Of a stretch of DNA of 64,000 nt, positions 48,937 through 58,483 are shown piece by piece. The position numbers and the translations under genes were made by a program. Source of the DNA: an uncultured Gammaproteobacteria bacterium (GTDB taxonomy: Bacteria; Patescibacteriota; Microgenomatia; UBA8517); the NCBI GenBank assembly GCA_964431555.1, contig CAYSJW010000015.1, forward strand, positions 41,573 through 105,572. Direction: 5' to 3'. Position 1 is the first letter of the stretch; every line of letters begins with the position of its first letter. Below the pieces are notes generated by a model. That model worked only from the letters and a program-made list of their open reading frames with translations, searched no databases and had not been told where the DNA came from.

Positions 48937-50778
48937 ATGAATGATCCTGCCCAAGATGATAAATTTAAAAACCTAGTAGATGATATCTTAAAAACCTCAG
49001 ATACACCCTCGGAAGTTGACCATCAATCTACAAATCCTAAATCTTCCTATCCGGATAATCGACCAATTTCAGTGCGAGAACCAACCCCACAAGAAAAAAT
49101 CACCATTTCAGAACCAAATACCTATCAAACCCTAGAAAAAAATCAAAATTTGGAAAACGAACCGCTGGAATCAACTGAAAGTGAAGAAAACTTTTCCCCC
49201 AAAATTTATGAGACTTCTCAAGAGGAAACAGATCATATCCACCAAACTAATTTAGATAATCTCACAAACCAAGCTTTAAAAGAATTAGCTTCAGATCATT
49301 TTCAAGAAACAAATATAAATTCTATTTCTTCACTCGATCAGCCCAAAGAAGACCAAACCATCGAAAATACGAAAAAACCAAAAAAACCAATTTTACTAAC
49401 TTTGGTTCTTCTTTCTCTCTTTAGCGTTATAATCTTAAGTCTTAGCGGATTATTCTACGCTATTGCCTACGAAAAAATTAAACTGGAAAAATACCCCGAT
49501 TTCCAAAAAAAGGTTTCTCTTTTTGTCATGAATATTTCTTTCATGCCAAAAACTCCTAGGTTTATTTTGGAAAAAAGCGCTATTGCCCACCAAAAGGTTA
49601 CCAAACAATCCTTTGATGTTTCAGTAGCCGTTGATTCTTCAAATCTTTCAAACTACTTTGGATTTGCAGATCTAGACTTCCAATTCAAGGGAGACCTTGA
49701 TTACACCAATCCTAAAAATATTTTTGGCAATCTAGAAATTTTTTTCACCAAAGACTTTAACATCGAACTCAGAAAAAAAGACAAAATGCTATATTTCAAA
49801 ATCAAAAAGTTACCCACAACGCTTTTTGCTTTTCTAGGACTAGATTCCAAAAGTTTTGATCCCATCATCGATAAATGGGTTTTTATAGATACTACACCTC
49901 TCGATACCGAAGCTAGGAAAAGCCTAGAAAAAGACACAGAAATGAGCCCTCTAAGTGAAAAGTTTCTAGATGAAAACTTTGATAAATATTTTGACGATGT
50001 AATTTTATCCAAGATAAAACTAACCTCCTCAAAAGATGAAGAACTCGATGTCTATAAAATTAGCTTGGAAGCTGATTCACAACTAATCGACTATTTGGGC
50101 AAAAAAATAGAAGATATGCAAAAACAAAAATACAACTATTCCTACCCCAAAAATTCAACCGCGAATATAGAAAAAATTTCAGACATAATTAAAAAATTTA
50201 ATTTAGAAATAGCCATAGACAAGGAAAAATATTTTACCCGAAAAATTGTTACCCAGATCGATATAGAGTATGATGAAAGCAAAAACACAAATTTACTACC
50301 GATCGAAAATTTTCTAGGCCCGCTTTCCTCCTCAAACAATCAAGTATCCGTTGCTACAGTCATAAAATTCAGCAATTTTGGAGAAGAAGTAATTGTTGAG
50401 GAACCACAAGAAACTATGTCCTCTGAGGAATTTTCAAACCGGATTTCTCTTATATTCGGCAAAATAATAGGAGAGGGTTATCAAAAACAAATATCCCAAT
50501 CAAACGACGCAAAAAGAAAATCTGATCTTCAACAGCTAGAAAGTGCGCTGGAAATATACTTTCTTGTCAATCAAAAATATCCTTCCTCTCTATCCGATCT
50601 CAACCCCAATTACATCTTTATAATTCCCAAAGATCCCGATGGAAGTGATTATTATTACATCCAAACTAACGACGGAAATTCATACAACCTGTGCGCCAAA
50701 CTTGATAATCCTTTACTTTCTAATTCATCTTGCACTAATCCCTTTTACAACTATTCCATTACCCCAAACCGAGAATAA
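48937..50778 (+). CDS. large hypothetical protein with one TM segment and a C-terminal type IV pilin/pseudopilin-like domain
   Basis: The C-terminal ~90 aa (NDAKRKSDLQQLESALEIYF...YP...IPKDP...YYY...Y.LCAKLDNP) matches the GspG/pilin globular-domain signature. No N-terminal prepilin leader. A TM segment lies at about aa 150-175. Confidence 0.5.
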   Translation: MNDPAQDDKFKNLVDDILKTSDTPSEVDHQSTNPKSSYPDNRPISVREPTPQEKITISEPNTYQTLEKNQNLENEPLESTESEENFSPKIYETSQEETDHIHQTNLDNLTNQALKELASDHFQETNINSISSLDQPKEDQTIENTKKPKKPILLTLVLLSLFSVIILSLSGLFYAIAYEKIKLEKYPDFQKKVSLFVMNISFMPKTPRFILEKSAIAHQKVTKQSFDVSVAVDSSNLSNYFGFADLDFQFKGDLDYTNPKNIFGNLEIFFTKDFNIELRKKDKMLYFKIKKLPTTLFAFLGLDSKSFDPIIDKWVFIDTTPLDTEARKSLEKDTEMSPLSEKFLDENFDKYFDDVILSKIKLTSSKDEELDVYKISLEADSQLIDYLGKKIEDMQKQKYNYSYPKNSTANIEKISDIIKKFNLEIAIDKEKYFTRKIVTQIDIEYDESKNTNLLPIENFLGPLSSSNNQVSVATVIKFSNFGEEVIVEEPQETMSSEEFSNRISLIFGKIIGEGYQKQISQSNDAKRKSDLQQLESALEIYFLVNQKYPSSLSDLNPNYIFIIPKDPDGSDYYYIQTNDGNSYNLCAKLDNPLLSNSSCTNPFYNYSITPNRE

Positions 50779-50830
50779 CGTTTGATATATAATTGACTTT
50801 AGAATACAAGACATTTTAATATCGCTTCAT

Positions 50831-51676
50831 ATGGAAGATTTCCAAATCTTTTCCTCAGAAAATAAAAGCAAAAAGAGTACGAATTCCATTTTTAAATTTA
50901 TCCTTATAATTTTCATATTAATAATATCTCTACCTATTGCCTATCTCTCTTTTAATCTGGGAAAAAAATATTCCGAAAAATCTGAAAATTCACTAATTAG
51001 TACAGAGGCTTTCCCCACAATATATTACCCATCCCCCACTAATCAGGTTTTATCTTCACCATCAGCAACCTTGAAAAAAACAGAAGATACACCAACTCCT
51101 ACTCCTAAAAAGCAAATGACCCCCACAACAGCTCCCACAATTTTACTCAGTTTAAAAATACTTCCCTCCATTTCAGAACTTGACGGCTTTAGATCCAGTA
51201 ATGGACTGGGTGATAACTTATCGGAAATACGCATTGGGAATGATACAAAATCAGTCAGTCGTGGATTTTTAAGTTTTGACATTACCGAAATTCCTCCAAA
51301 TGTTAACATCCAAAGTGCAGTTTTAAAACTATACCAAGGAAAAATCGTCGGCGACCCCTACCTGAAAGGCGGAAAACTACAGATTGATCACTTAACATAT
51401 GGTGACAGTTTGGATAAAACTGACTACAACATGCCCGCAATTCTATACAGTTTCACCAGTTTTAGTAAAACAAACAAAATCGGCTGGTGCGAGGTTGATG
51501 TTACAACAAAACTAAAAGACGACATTGCTAACGCTCGCTCAATGTCTCAATTTAGAATCCATTTTGAAAAAGAACTAAAAGAATCTTCCGAAAATTACGC
51601 GCTCTTTGAATCACAGAATAATTCGATGCAAACAGGCAATACTCCACAATTAATAGTCAAATATTTCCAGTATTAA
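50831..51676 (+). CDS. hypothetical membrane-anchored secreted protein (possible DNRLRE-like beta domain)
   Basis: N-terminal TM anchor and a Pro/Thr linker. RGFLSFDITEIPPNVNIQSAVLKLY resembles the DNRLRE-type domain pattern; this is weak. Confidence 0.4.
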   Translation: MEDFQIFSSENKSKKSTNSIFKFILIIFILIISLPIAYLSFNLGKKYSEKSENSLISTEAFPTIYYPSPTNQVLSSPSATLKKTEDTPTPTPKKQMTPTTAPTILLSLKILPSISELDGFRSSNGLGDNLSEIRIGNDTKSVSRGFLSFDITEIPPNVNIQSAVLKLYQGKIVGDPYLKGGKLQIDHLTYGDSLDKTDYNMPAILYSFTSFSKTNKIGWCEVDVTTKLKDDIANARSMSQFRIHFEKELKESSENYALFESQNNSMQTGNTPQLIVKYFQY

Positions 51677-51696
51677 ATTCCTAAAAATCATCTCGC

Positions 51697-52134
51697 TTAC
51701 TTTTTTTGCCATTCCCTATAAAGACTATTATTCTCCAAATTAAGAAAAAAATTTCCCAAAACAAGGTCTGCTGCATCCACTGCCAACTTATCTTCTGCAA
51801 TTCCTGTTTCTACAATTCTTTGAATCAATGTTAATCTTCTTAAATTTAATGCCAAATCGGAATCCTTAGAACCAGGGTTTAAAACATTAGATGTATCTTT
51901 ACATATATCTATTACCCTCTGAATACTATCCAATTTATCCGCTCTACTTCCATTATTGAAATTTTCTAGGAATTGATCTCTTACACGTAAACAATCATCT
52001 CTTGGAACACTACACAATAAACTATTTGTTGCTACTGCACACGCCAACAGAGGCCCTATCTCATTAATCTCAAGAACCTCTCTTTTCCTCTCTTCATGAT
52101 TTAGAGAAATTCCTCTTTTTCTGTCTTTATCCAT
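51697..52134 (-). CDS. hypothetical protein
   Basis: 145-aa ORF; no family recognised. Confidence 0.35.
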   Translation of the reverse strand: MDKDRKRGISLNHEERKREVLEINEIGPLLACAVATNSLLCSVPRDDCLRVRDQFLENFNNGSRADKLDSIQRVIDICKDTSNVLNPGSKDSDLALNLRRLTLIQRIVETGIAEDKLAVDAADLVLGNFFLNLENNSLYREWQKK

Positions 52135-52385
52135 AAAATTTATCAGAAAAAAACCTACAAAAACTAAATTAATTTCTGGAAGTAAGATAGTCTTTTACTT
52201 CAGAAGAATAATATTTATAATCTAAACCAAATAGTTTTATACAAGTATTTTATTTTAGCAGCTTTACAATTTTATTTCCACTTTAAGCTATTTAATTATC
52301 TTTCTCCTTCTGATAAAATATTTTTTAGGTGATTAATTTATGCAGATACTTTTTCAGAAAATTATAAGAAAGGAGGCGATATTTT

Positions 52386-52580
52386 ATGGTAGTTGTTGTC
52401 AAAAAAAAGGGAGAATCGGAAGACAGACTTATTGCCAGGTTCAAAAAAAAGGTTGTGGATTCTGGAATCCTGCAGGAAGTTCGTGACCGCCAAAGGTATA
52501 TTCCCCCGTCCGAAAAAAGAAAGGAACAAAAAAAGCGAATTAAGTTTTTGATCGAGCTTGAGAAAAAGCGCAATTATTAA
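52386..52580 (+). CDS. rpsU: 30S ribosomal protein S21
   Basis: ESEDRLIARFKKKV..SGIL.EVRDRQRYIPPSEKRK pattern. Its 3' end overlaps rnhB convergently by 41 nt. Confidence 0.8.
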   Translation: MVVVVKKKGESEDRLIARFKKKVVDSGILQEVRDRQRYIPPSEKRKEQKKRIKFLIELEKKRNY

Positions 52581-53295
52581 AAAAAGTTTCCACAAACTTC
52601 TTTCTGTGATAAGGGGTCAAACCGTATTTTAATATTGCTTTTGTATGATCGCTTGTGCCATAGCCCTTGTTTTTTTCCCATCCATAAACACTATACTTTT
52701 CTGATAATGAAATCATCAATTTGTCCCTAAATACCTTGGCTATAATGCTTGCTGCAGCAATAGAAATGCTTTTTTCATCGCCGTTTTTGATGGCCATTTG
52801 TTTCCCGCAAAATCTGCAAAGTTTACCATTTAAAACTTTTTTATTTTTTAATCTTTCGTTTTTTCTAGGCATACATAATCCCCTAACATACGGTATATAA
52901 AATGCATCAATGAGTAAATAATCTATACATATGTTGTATCTTTTATATAAATCTTTAATAGCCCGACGAAAAGCCGAATTTGTCGCCTTGAGGATACCGT
53001 ACCTATTTATTTCTGAGACACTCCCCACCCCTAAACCATAAGCAAAAGAATTTTTTCTAATCCAAAGATTTGCTTTTTCTCTTTCCAAAGAAGTCAATTT
53101 TTTAGAATCATCAATTATCACCTTGCAACCGGATTCAATAATAGGAAGATTAATGACTTTATTTGGTGCGAAAGCACACACACTTGCAACAACCGGTCCT
53201 GCAAAGCAACCTCTTCCCACTTCATCACAACCGGCCACCACCTTAAAACCCTGATTCCAAAGTTTTTTTTCAAAATAGAAATTAGGTAAAATCAT
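52540..53295 (-). CDS. rnhB: ribonuclease HII
   Basis: VAGCDEVGRGCFAGPVV N-terminal motif and the catalytic DSK/D residues. Confidence 0.85.
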   Translation of the reverse strand: MILPNFYFEKKLWNQGFKVVAGCDEVGRGCFAGPVVASVCAFAPNKVINLPIIESGCKVIIDDSKKLTSLEREKANLWIRKNSFAYGLGVGSVSEINRYGILKATNSAFRRAIKDLYKRYNICIDYLLIDAFYIPYVRGLCMPRKNERLKNKKVLNGKLCRFCGKQMAIKNGDEKSISIAAASIIAKVFRDKLMISLSEKYSVYGWEKNKGYGTSDHTKAILKYGLTPYHRKKFVETFFNNCAFSQARSKT

Positions 53296-53343
53296 ACAAT
53301 TATCTATCGCAAAATTTAAAAAATTCTGCTACAATTTCTATCT

Positions 53344-53529
53344 GTGAAGAATATAATCAATTACATAAGTTCTGTAAAGCTGGAGTTATCCAAGGTAATT
53401 TGGCCAAAAAGAAATGATGTTGTAAAATTAACCATCATTATATTTCTTATTTCCGGTATTGTAGCGTTATACCTGGGAATTCTAGATCTTTCATTTACAA
53501 AAATCTTTGAAGTTATATTAACAAGTTAA
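53344..53529 (+). CDS. secE: preprotein translocase subunit SecE
   Basis: 61 aa ending in a single TM segment (LSKVIWPKRNDVVKLTIIIFLISGIVALYLGILD), directly upstream of nusG. Confidence 0.8.
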   Translation: MKNIINYISSVKLELSKVIWPKRNDVVKLTIIIFLISGIVALYLGILDLSFTKIFEVILTS

Positions 53530-53535
53530 AATAAT

Positions 53536-54165
53536 ATGCCAAATGATGATCAAAACAATAAAGAAGAAATAGCCGTAAGAGAAAAAGGGACTGGCAATAA
53601 AAAAATACCCGGTCATATCGTAATCAACACCCAAGAGAACGATAAAGCATGCTGGTATGTTGTACACACCACATCCGGTCATGAAGTTAGGGTTGCCGAA
53701 ACTTTGCGACAAAGAGTTGAAACGATGGGTCTTACTGACAAAGTATTTGAACTTTTAGTTCCCACCCAAGACAGAGTAATCATAAGAAGCGGTAAAAAAG
53801 CAACCGTTAAGGAAAAGATTTTTCCGGGATACATGCTTATTAAAATGATCATGGATGACCCTACCTGGCTGGCTGTGAGAACAACTCCGGGTATAACAGG
53901 TTTTGTCGGAGCGGGAAAACAACCCACTCCCCTTTCGGAATTAGAGGTTCAAAATATTCAGAAATTCATTTCAACTCCCGCCAAAAGATTCAAAACTAGA
54001 TTCAGCAAAGGCGAAGCTGTTAAAATTACAGACGGACCATTTTCAGACTTTTTAGGAACAATCAATGAAATTGATGAAGAAAAGGGAAAGGTCAAGGTTT
54101 TGGTTTCAATTTTTGGAAGGGAAACTCCCGTTGAGCTTGATCTTCTCCAAATAGCCAAAGTTTAA
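53536..54165 (+). CDS. nusG: transcription termination/antitermination factor NusG
   Basis: NGN domain (WYVVHTTSGHE..V) and KOW domain (KGEAVKITDGPFSDFLGTINEID...). Confidence 0.9.
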   Translation: MPNDDQNNKEEIAVREKGTGNKKIPGHIVINTQENDKACWYVVHTTSGHEVRVAETLRQRVETMGLTDKVFELLVPTQDRVIIRSGKKATVKEKIFPGYMLIKMIMDDPTWLAVRTTPGITGFVGAGKQPTPLSELEVQNIQKFISTPAKRFKTRFSKGEAVKITDGPFSDFLGTINEIDEEKGKVKVLVSIFGRETPVELDLLQIAKV

Positions 54166-54222
54166 AACCATATAAAACGTCTTTGATATATAAATATAGG
54201 CAAAACTCTCGCTTACTCTAAG

Positions 54223-55164
54223 ATGGATGAAACAGGTGAAAACCCAAAAACCAACGAACCTCAAGAAAAATTAAGTAGAGATTACCAAAAATTCAAACAA
54301 CTTGTTGAAAGTTTTTTTACAAAAAATCCTGTTAAAAAGGAACCAGATTATGACTTATCTCCCCATCTTGAAAAATTAAGTGAGGAGGAAAATTCCTTAC
54401 TTCAAAGAATAGGACAAATGGACCCAAAAGAATTTCTTGAAATGTTTACCCAAGACCCCCCTTCGATAATGTTTAAAAATGATAAAGGAGAAATAACTCG
54501 ACTTAAGCCAAATTATATAATTACACCTCCCCCACCTTCTGATTTAGAACTTGCTCAAAGAAAAACCTTTATTCCTGAAAATCTCAACGAGGATGAAAAA
54601 ATCAATCTTGAATTAGCTTTATTAAATCTAGCAGCTTATCTAAAAACTCCAAAAGTTGAGGACGGTTTCGGAGAAAACCACGAAAATCAAAGAGTTCCTT
54701 ACAGAAATGGAATGAACATAATTTTTAAAATTATAGAAATAGTATGTTCTTCAAAATCAAATATTCTTAAGGCATACAACGACTTTTACACAAATAACTC
54801 ACTCACTACAAACAAACAAACGCTAGTTTATTCTTCTACAAACATACTTGTGACCCTCGCTTATCATAACAAAGAGCAATGGGCTAAAACGGTTTTAGAT
54901 GTATTAGAAATGGTAATAAATATTCAAGCTAACGAAAAGCAAATAAAAAATATAAAAGAACAAATAACTTTTCTTAATAAAATGCTTTCAACACTTAATC
55001 TTGATGAAACTACAATTAAAACACACCAAGAAAAAATAAAAGAATTAAGCGAAAAATTAAATGGTTTAGAAAAACCCCTATCAAATACAGAAAAAGAACC
55101 TATTTTCAGAGAGGCTGCAAGAAGAATATTACAAATCTTCACCTCTCCTGTCCTGACCAAGTAA
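54223..55164 (+). CDS. hypothetical protein (313 aa)
   Basis: No family recognised. It lies inside the insertion between nusG and rplK. Confidence 0.4.
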   Translation: MDETGENPKTNEPQEKLSRDYQKFKQLVESFFTKNPVKKEPDYDLSPHLEKLSEEENSLLQRIGQMDPKEFLEMFTQDPPSIMFKNDKGEITRLKPNYIITPPPPSDLELAQRKTFIPENLNEDEKINLELALLNLAAYLKTPKVEDGFGENHENQRVPYRNGMNIIFKIIEIVCSSKSNILKAYNDFYTNNSLTTNKQTLVYSSTNILVTLAYHNKEQWAKTVLDVLEMVINIQANEKQIKNIKEQITFLNKMLSTLNLDETTIKTHQEKIKELSEKLNGLEKPLSNTEKEPIFREAARRILQIFTSPVLTK

Positions 55165-55167
55165 CAA

Positions 55168-55187
55168 CCACTTCGGAAGTGGATTAG
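55168..55187 (+). repeat. REP-like element: palindrome ccacttc-g-gaagtgg + ATTAG(CTT), left flank of the RAYT gene
   Basis: Perfect 7-1-7 palindrome read directly. It begins 4 nt after the stop codon of the 313-aa ORF. Confidence 0.6.
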
Positions 55188-55204
55188 CTTGCCACATCGG
55201 GATA

Positions 55205-55873
55205 TTATTCCAAAACCAAGTGCTTGATTTTATCAAGTTTCCTCTGATAATCAGCATTATTTAAAACAAATTTTCGATAATCATTCTTATTTCTAAAAAA
55301 AGAAAGAATCAACTCTTTTTGACAAATACCATTAATGTCAAAAATATACTCAGAATAAGATGACCAAGAATATTTCTCAATTTCAGATAAGTTCTTAATC
55401 AAAAAAGAACTGAAAGGATTAAGATGTATATAGCGTGATAGATGAATCAATTGCTCGTCGTTCTCTACTCTCACTGCTTTAAATTGTCCCTGAAAAAGAG
55501 CCCCAATTCTATTTTCTTTCTCATTAATATACCTAGAATATCCTATTTGAAAATTACGGATGAATTTGGCTATTCCATCTTCTTCTTTCTGCTTTAAAAG
55601 AAGGTGAAAATGGTTAGGCATTAGACAAAAGCAAATAATATCAACAACTCTCTGCATTTTTTTTAAACTCTCTTCATAATTTTTTCTTATCTCACCCGCA
55701 GATTTAATAAATTTAGAATAACGGATCGGGGCATCACCAACTTGATAAAAACTCAAAAGATTAATAGCACGTCTATAATCTCTCTTATCAAAAAAGATAT
55801 TACTTAAATTTACTCCACGGTTAAAAATATGATAAACCTGACCATTAACAAAAGGTATCTTTCTGACTGGCAT
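55205..55873 (-). CDS. IS200-like Y1 (HuH) transposase, probable REP-associated tyrosine transposase (RAYT)
   Basis: YHIFNRG N-terminal block, HuH motif MPNHFHLLL, a Tyr-containing C-terminal block (IGYSRYIN, RYIHLNP), and a size of about 220 aa. Flanked by identical REP palindromes. Confidence 0.75.
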   Translation of the reverse strand: MPVRKIPFVNGQVYHIFNRGVNLSNIFFDKRDYRRAINLLSFYQVGDAPIRYSKFIKSAGEIRKNYEESLKKMQRVVDIICFCLMPNHFHLLLKQKEEDGIAKFIRNFQIGYSRYINEKENRIGALFQGQFKAVRVENDEQLIHLSRYIHLNPFSSFLIKNLSEIEKYSWSSYSEYIFDINGICQKELILSFFRNKNDYRKFVLNNADYQRKLDKIKHLVLE

Positions 55874-55940
55874 CTTAATTTATTACAGTTAACAATTTAC
55901 AATTTAATTTTAAACCAAAATACCGATCTGTCAAGCTGAA

Positions 55941-55960
55941 CCACTTCGGAAGTGGATTAA
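55941..55960 (+). repeat. REP-like element: palindrome ccacttc-g-gaagtgg + ATTAA, right flank of the RAYT gene
   Basis: Identical 15-bp palindrome to the one at 55168; the tail has one substitution. Confidence 0.6.
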
Positions 55961-55973
55961 AAGCTAACCTAAC

Positions 55974-57611
55974 TTATGTGGGATTCTTTTTAAAAACATT
56001 TTTCATCTCATTATAGCCGGGAACACTTAATGCCAAAACCCTGTTTCCAACTTTAAAAAGCGGAATATGACCAAACCAAGTCTGGCGATGCTCTCTTTCC
56101 CAAATAAGCCTATTTTTCAAAGAAGCATCAATCAAGGTATCGTTTAAAGTTGTTATATGATCCCATATACCCTCGTAGCAATTTTTCAAAGGTCCATCTA
56201 TAAATCTTTTCAGCAACTTATAAGCCTTTCTTGCCCTTTTTTGCTCCGGATTATTCGTCTTACCAAAACCCTCCCCCATATACTTTCCATCAAGATAAAA
56301 GTCCAAAGTAATATGTTCCCCTCCAGGCTTTAAAACCCTTGCGGATTCTTTTGCATAGCCTTCCACTATCTGAGGTCCATGCACTTTTCCTCCCATTGCC
56401 CCGACAACATAAGTGGAAAAAACTAAATCAAAACTTTCATCTGGAAAAGGCATCTTTGATGCATCAGCTTGAATCCAATTTATCTTTATACCAGCTTCTT
56501 CTAGTTTCCTTTTTACATCTGAAGGGAGACTTTCAAAATTCCTCTTTCCATTTTCAATCTGCTCTTTATTGTATTCAAGTACATCAATTTGTAAATTCCT
56601 TTTTCCTGAGTTTAAAAACTTCTCAGCAATCTTAAGAGAAGTCATAATCGGCCCATCCCCAACGGCCAATATTTTTGAACCACCGGAAATCTTCTCTGCA
56701 ATTTCAGCAGCAACTCCATCTCTTCCCACCGCGTCATTGGGATAATATTCCGTTTCTTTTGAATATTTTTCCTTAGAAATTAAAGCTAAGGGCAAACCAT
56801 CAATTTGCTTAAATTCCCCCTCCGAAAACTGAGGAATTGCTTGGGTATTCATCTGATGGAAAAAATCATAAACAGGCCCTATCACCTCGTAGAAATACTG
56901 CGAACCTGAAGATTTGTATTCAGGCTTTATCTCTCTGGAAAAAGCAAGCTTGGCAATTTCAAGCATCGCCTCGCTTTGATAATAAGGATAGTAAACACCC
57001 ATTCTTTCCATCAAACCTCCAACAAACTTTGATTTAGCCAAACTGGAAAGAGCACGAACTAAGGGATAATTTTTTTCCTCTGTGATTTTTTTCAGATGGG
57101 AAAAAAACTGATTATATTTAGGTCTTCCTAACTCATCTTTTACCACATTCCCTTTTTCGTCAATCTCATAGACAAACCATTCAGCGGCTTTTATTAAATC
57201 ATCAGGTTTCATCGGTTTCTGTCCCAAGAATTCTTTTGGAAAAACTATATCGGGTAAAGGAGCTTCTTTTTCCAAGTCCCCTTCTTTCCATTTGTAATTT
57301 CCCCTTTTTTTGACAACAACGCATTCTCTTCCCGCATAGACTTCAATCTGAATTACACCCCCGGAAGTTTCACCTAAACCAGCTTCCAGTTTACCTTCAT
57401 TAAGACTATCAGCCTCTTTACCATTAGATCTAATAGAATTGTCAGTATTTATTTCAACCAGCTCGTTTCCTTGTCTACCATTTACTTTTTCAGAAGAACC
57501 CTCTCTTACCAGCTTTTCACTTTCATTTCCCCCCTTAGCCACGTCGGGAATATTTTCAGGTTCTTCTGAAAAACCTTTTTCTATTTCATTACCTTCCATA
57601 TTTAAAATCAC
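55974..57611 (-). CDS. class I SAM-dependent methyltransferase domain protein with ~300-aa N-terminal extension of unknown function
   Basis: The C-terminal half carries ILAVGDGPI (a motif I variant), IDVLEYN (acidic loop), ADASKMPFPDESFDLVFS (motif II) and VLKPGGE (motif III). The N-terminal part is not recognised. Confidence 0.6.
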   Translation of the reverse strand: MILNMEGNEIEKGFSEEPENIPDVAKGGNESEKLVREGSSEKVNGRQGNELVEINTDNSIRSNGKEADSLNEGKLEAGLGETSGGVIQIEVYAGRECVVVKKRGNYKWKEGDLEKEAPLPDIVFPKEFLGQKPMKPDDLIKAAEWFVYEIDEKGNVVKDELGRPKYNQFFSHLKKITEEKNYPLVRALSSLAKSKFVGGLMERMGVYYPYYQSEAMLEIAKLAFSREIKPEYKSSGSQYFYEVIGPVYDFFHQMNTQAIPQFSEGEFKQIDGLPLALISKEKYSKETEYYPNDAVGRDGVAAEIAEKISGGSKILAVGDGPIMTSLKIAEKFLNSGKRNLQIDVLEYNKEQIENGKRNFESLPSDVKRKLEEAGIKINWIQADASKMPFPDESFDLVFSTYVVGAMGGKVHGPQIVEGYAKESARVLKPGGEHITLDFYLDGKYMGEGFGKTNNPEQKRARKAYKLLKRFIDGPLKNCYEGIWDHITTLNDTLIDASLKNRLIWEREHRQTWFGHIPLFKVGNRVLALSVPGYNEMKNVFKKNPT

Positions 57612-57934
57612 TAAGTTTTTTTATCAAGCTTGTCTAAAATAAAATTATATCTCCGAATCTCCAAAATTAAAGAAGCTTTCTCAAAATCATCTTTCATCTC
57701 TTCCTCCAAACTCCATCCCCCTCCCCTTTTTTGCCAGATGCCGTAAGCAACTTTCTTTATCCTTTCATCCATTTCCAAACCAAAAATACTTCCACCCCCC
57801 AAAATCCTATTTTCTAAAAATTGCAAAGTATCTGGGTCAACAGAATTTCTTAATCTTCCTTTTCTTTCCTCTAAAATTTCTCTTAACCTTTCTTTACCTA
57901 TCAATGATATTACCCCCTCTTTACATATTAACAT
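57611..57934 (-). CDS. hypothetical protein (107 aa)
   Basis: ORF only; no family recognised. Confidence 0.35.
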   Translation of the reverse strand: MLICKEGVISLIGKERLREILEERKGRLRNSVDPDTLQFLENRILGGGSIFGLEMDERIKKVAYGIWQKRGGGWSLEEEMKDDFEKASLILEIRRYNFILDKLDKKT

Positions 57935-57953
57935 GAATCTAATAAAATAAGCT

Positions 57954-57983
57954 CACCTCGTTTTAAAAGGCGAGGGAGATTAG
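57954..57983 (+). repeat. REP-like variant hairpin (cacCTCG-10 nt loop-CGAGg) followed by GATTAG(CC)
   Basis: The hairpin-plus-GATTAG tail matches the architecture of the other elements. It lies 70 bp upstream of rplK. Confidence 0.4.
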
Positions 57984-58054
57984 CCAAAGAAAGCTGGTCG
58001 GATAATATCCTCCTGACAAAAATCTTGGCTTACTAAACAAATTCAAAACTTTTT

Positions 58055-58480
58055 ATGGCAAAAAAAGTAAAAACAATTATCAAAGTCAATTTACCGGCAG
58101 GTGCGGCAACTCCCGCTCCTCCTTTGGGTCCAGCTTTGGGTCAGCACGGAGTGGCTATCATGGATTTTGTCAAGCAATATAACGACAAAACCGCTTCAAT
58201 GAAGGGTCAAATCGTACCCGCCATAATAACCATTTACGAGGATAGAACCTTTGATTTTGAATTAAGGAAAGCACCAGTTGCCGAAATGATCAAAAAGGAA
58301 TTGGGACTGGAGAAAGGATCTGGATCCACAGGAAGAGAAACTATAGCGACCTTAAGCAAAGAACAAGTTGAAAAAATTGCCAAGGAAAAAATGGACGATT
58401 TTAATACAGATGACCTTGAATCGGCAAAGAGAATAGTTACGGGTACTGCCAAGAGTATGGGGGTGAAAGTTGAAAGCTGA
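58055..58480 (+). CDS. rplK: 50S ribosomal protein L11
   Basis: MAKKV..IIKV.LPAG.ATPAPP.GPALGQHGV..M.F.K.YN..T pattern. Confidence 0.9.
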   Translation: MAKKVKTIIKVNLPAGAATPAPPLGPALGQHGVAIMDFVKQYNDKTASMKGQIVPAIITIYEDRTFDFELRKAPVAEMIKKELGLEKGSGSTGRETIATLSKEQVEKIAKEKMDDFNTDDLESAKRIVTGTAKSMGVKVES

Positions 58481-58483
58481 AAT

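Larger units (their letters stand above)
55166..55960 (-). mobile_element. RAYT gene flanked by direct REP copies (REP-RAYT unit)
   Basis: aaccacttcggaagtggatta occurs at 55166 and at 55939, in the same orientation, 773 bp apart and bracketing the transposase gene. Confidence 0.6.
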
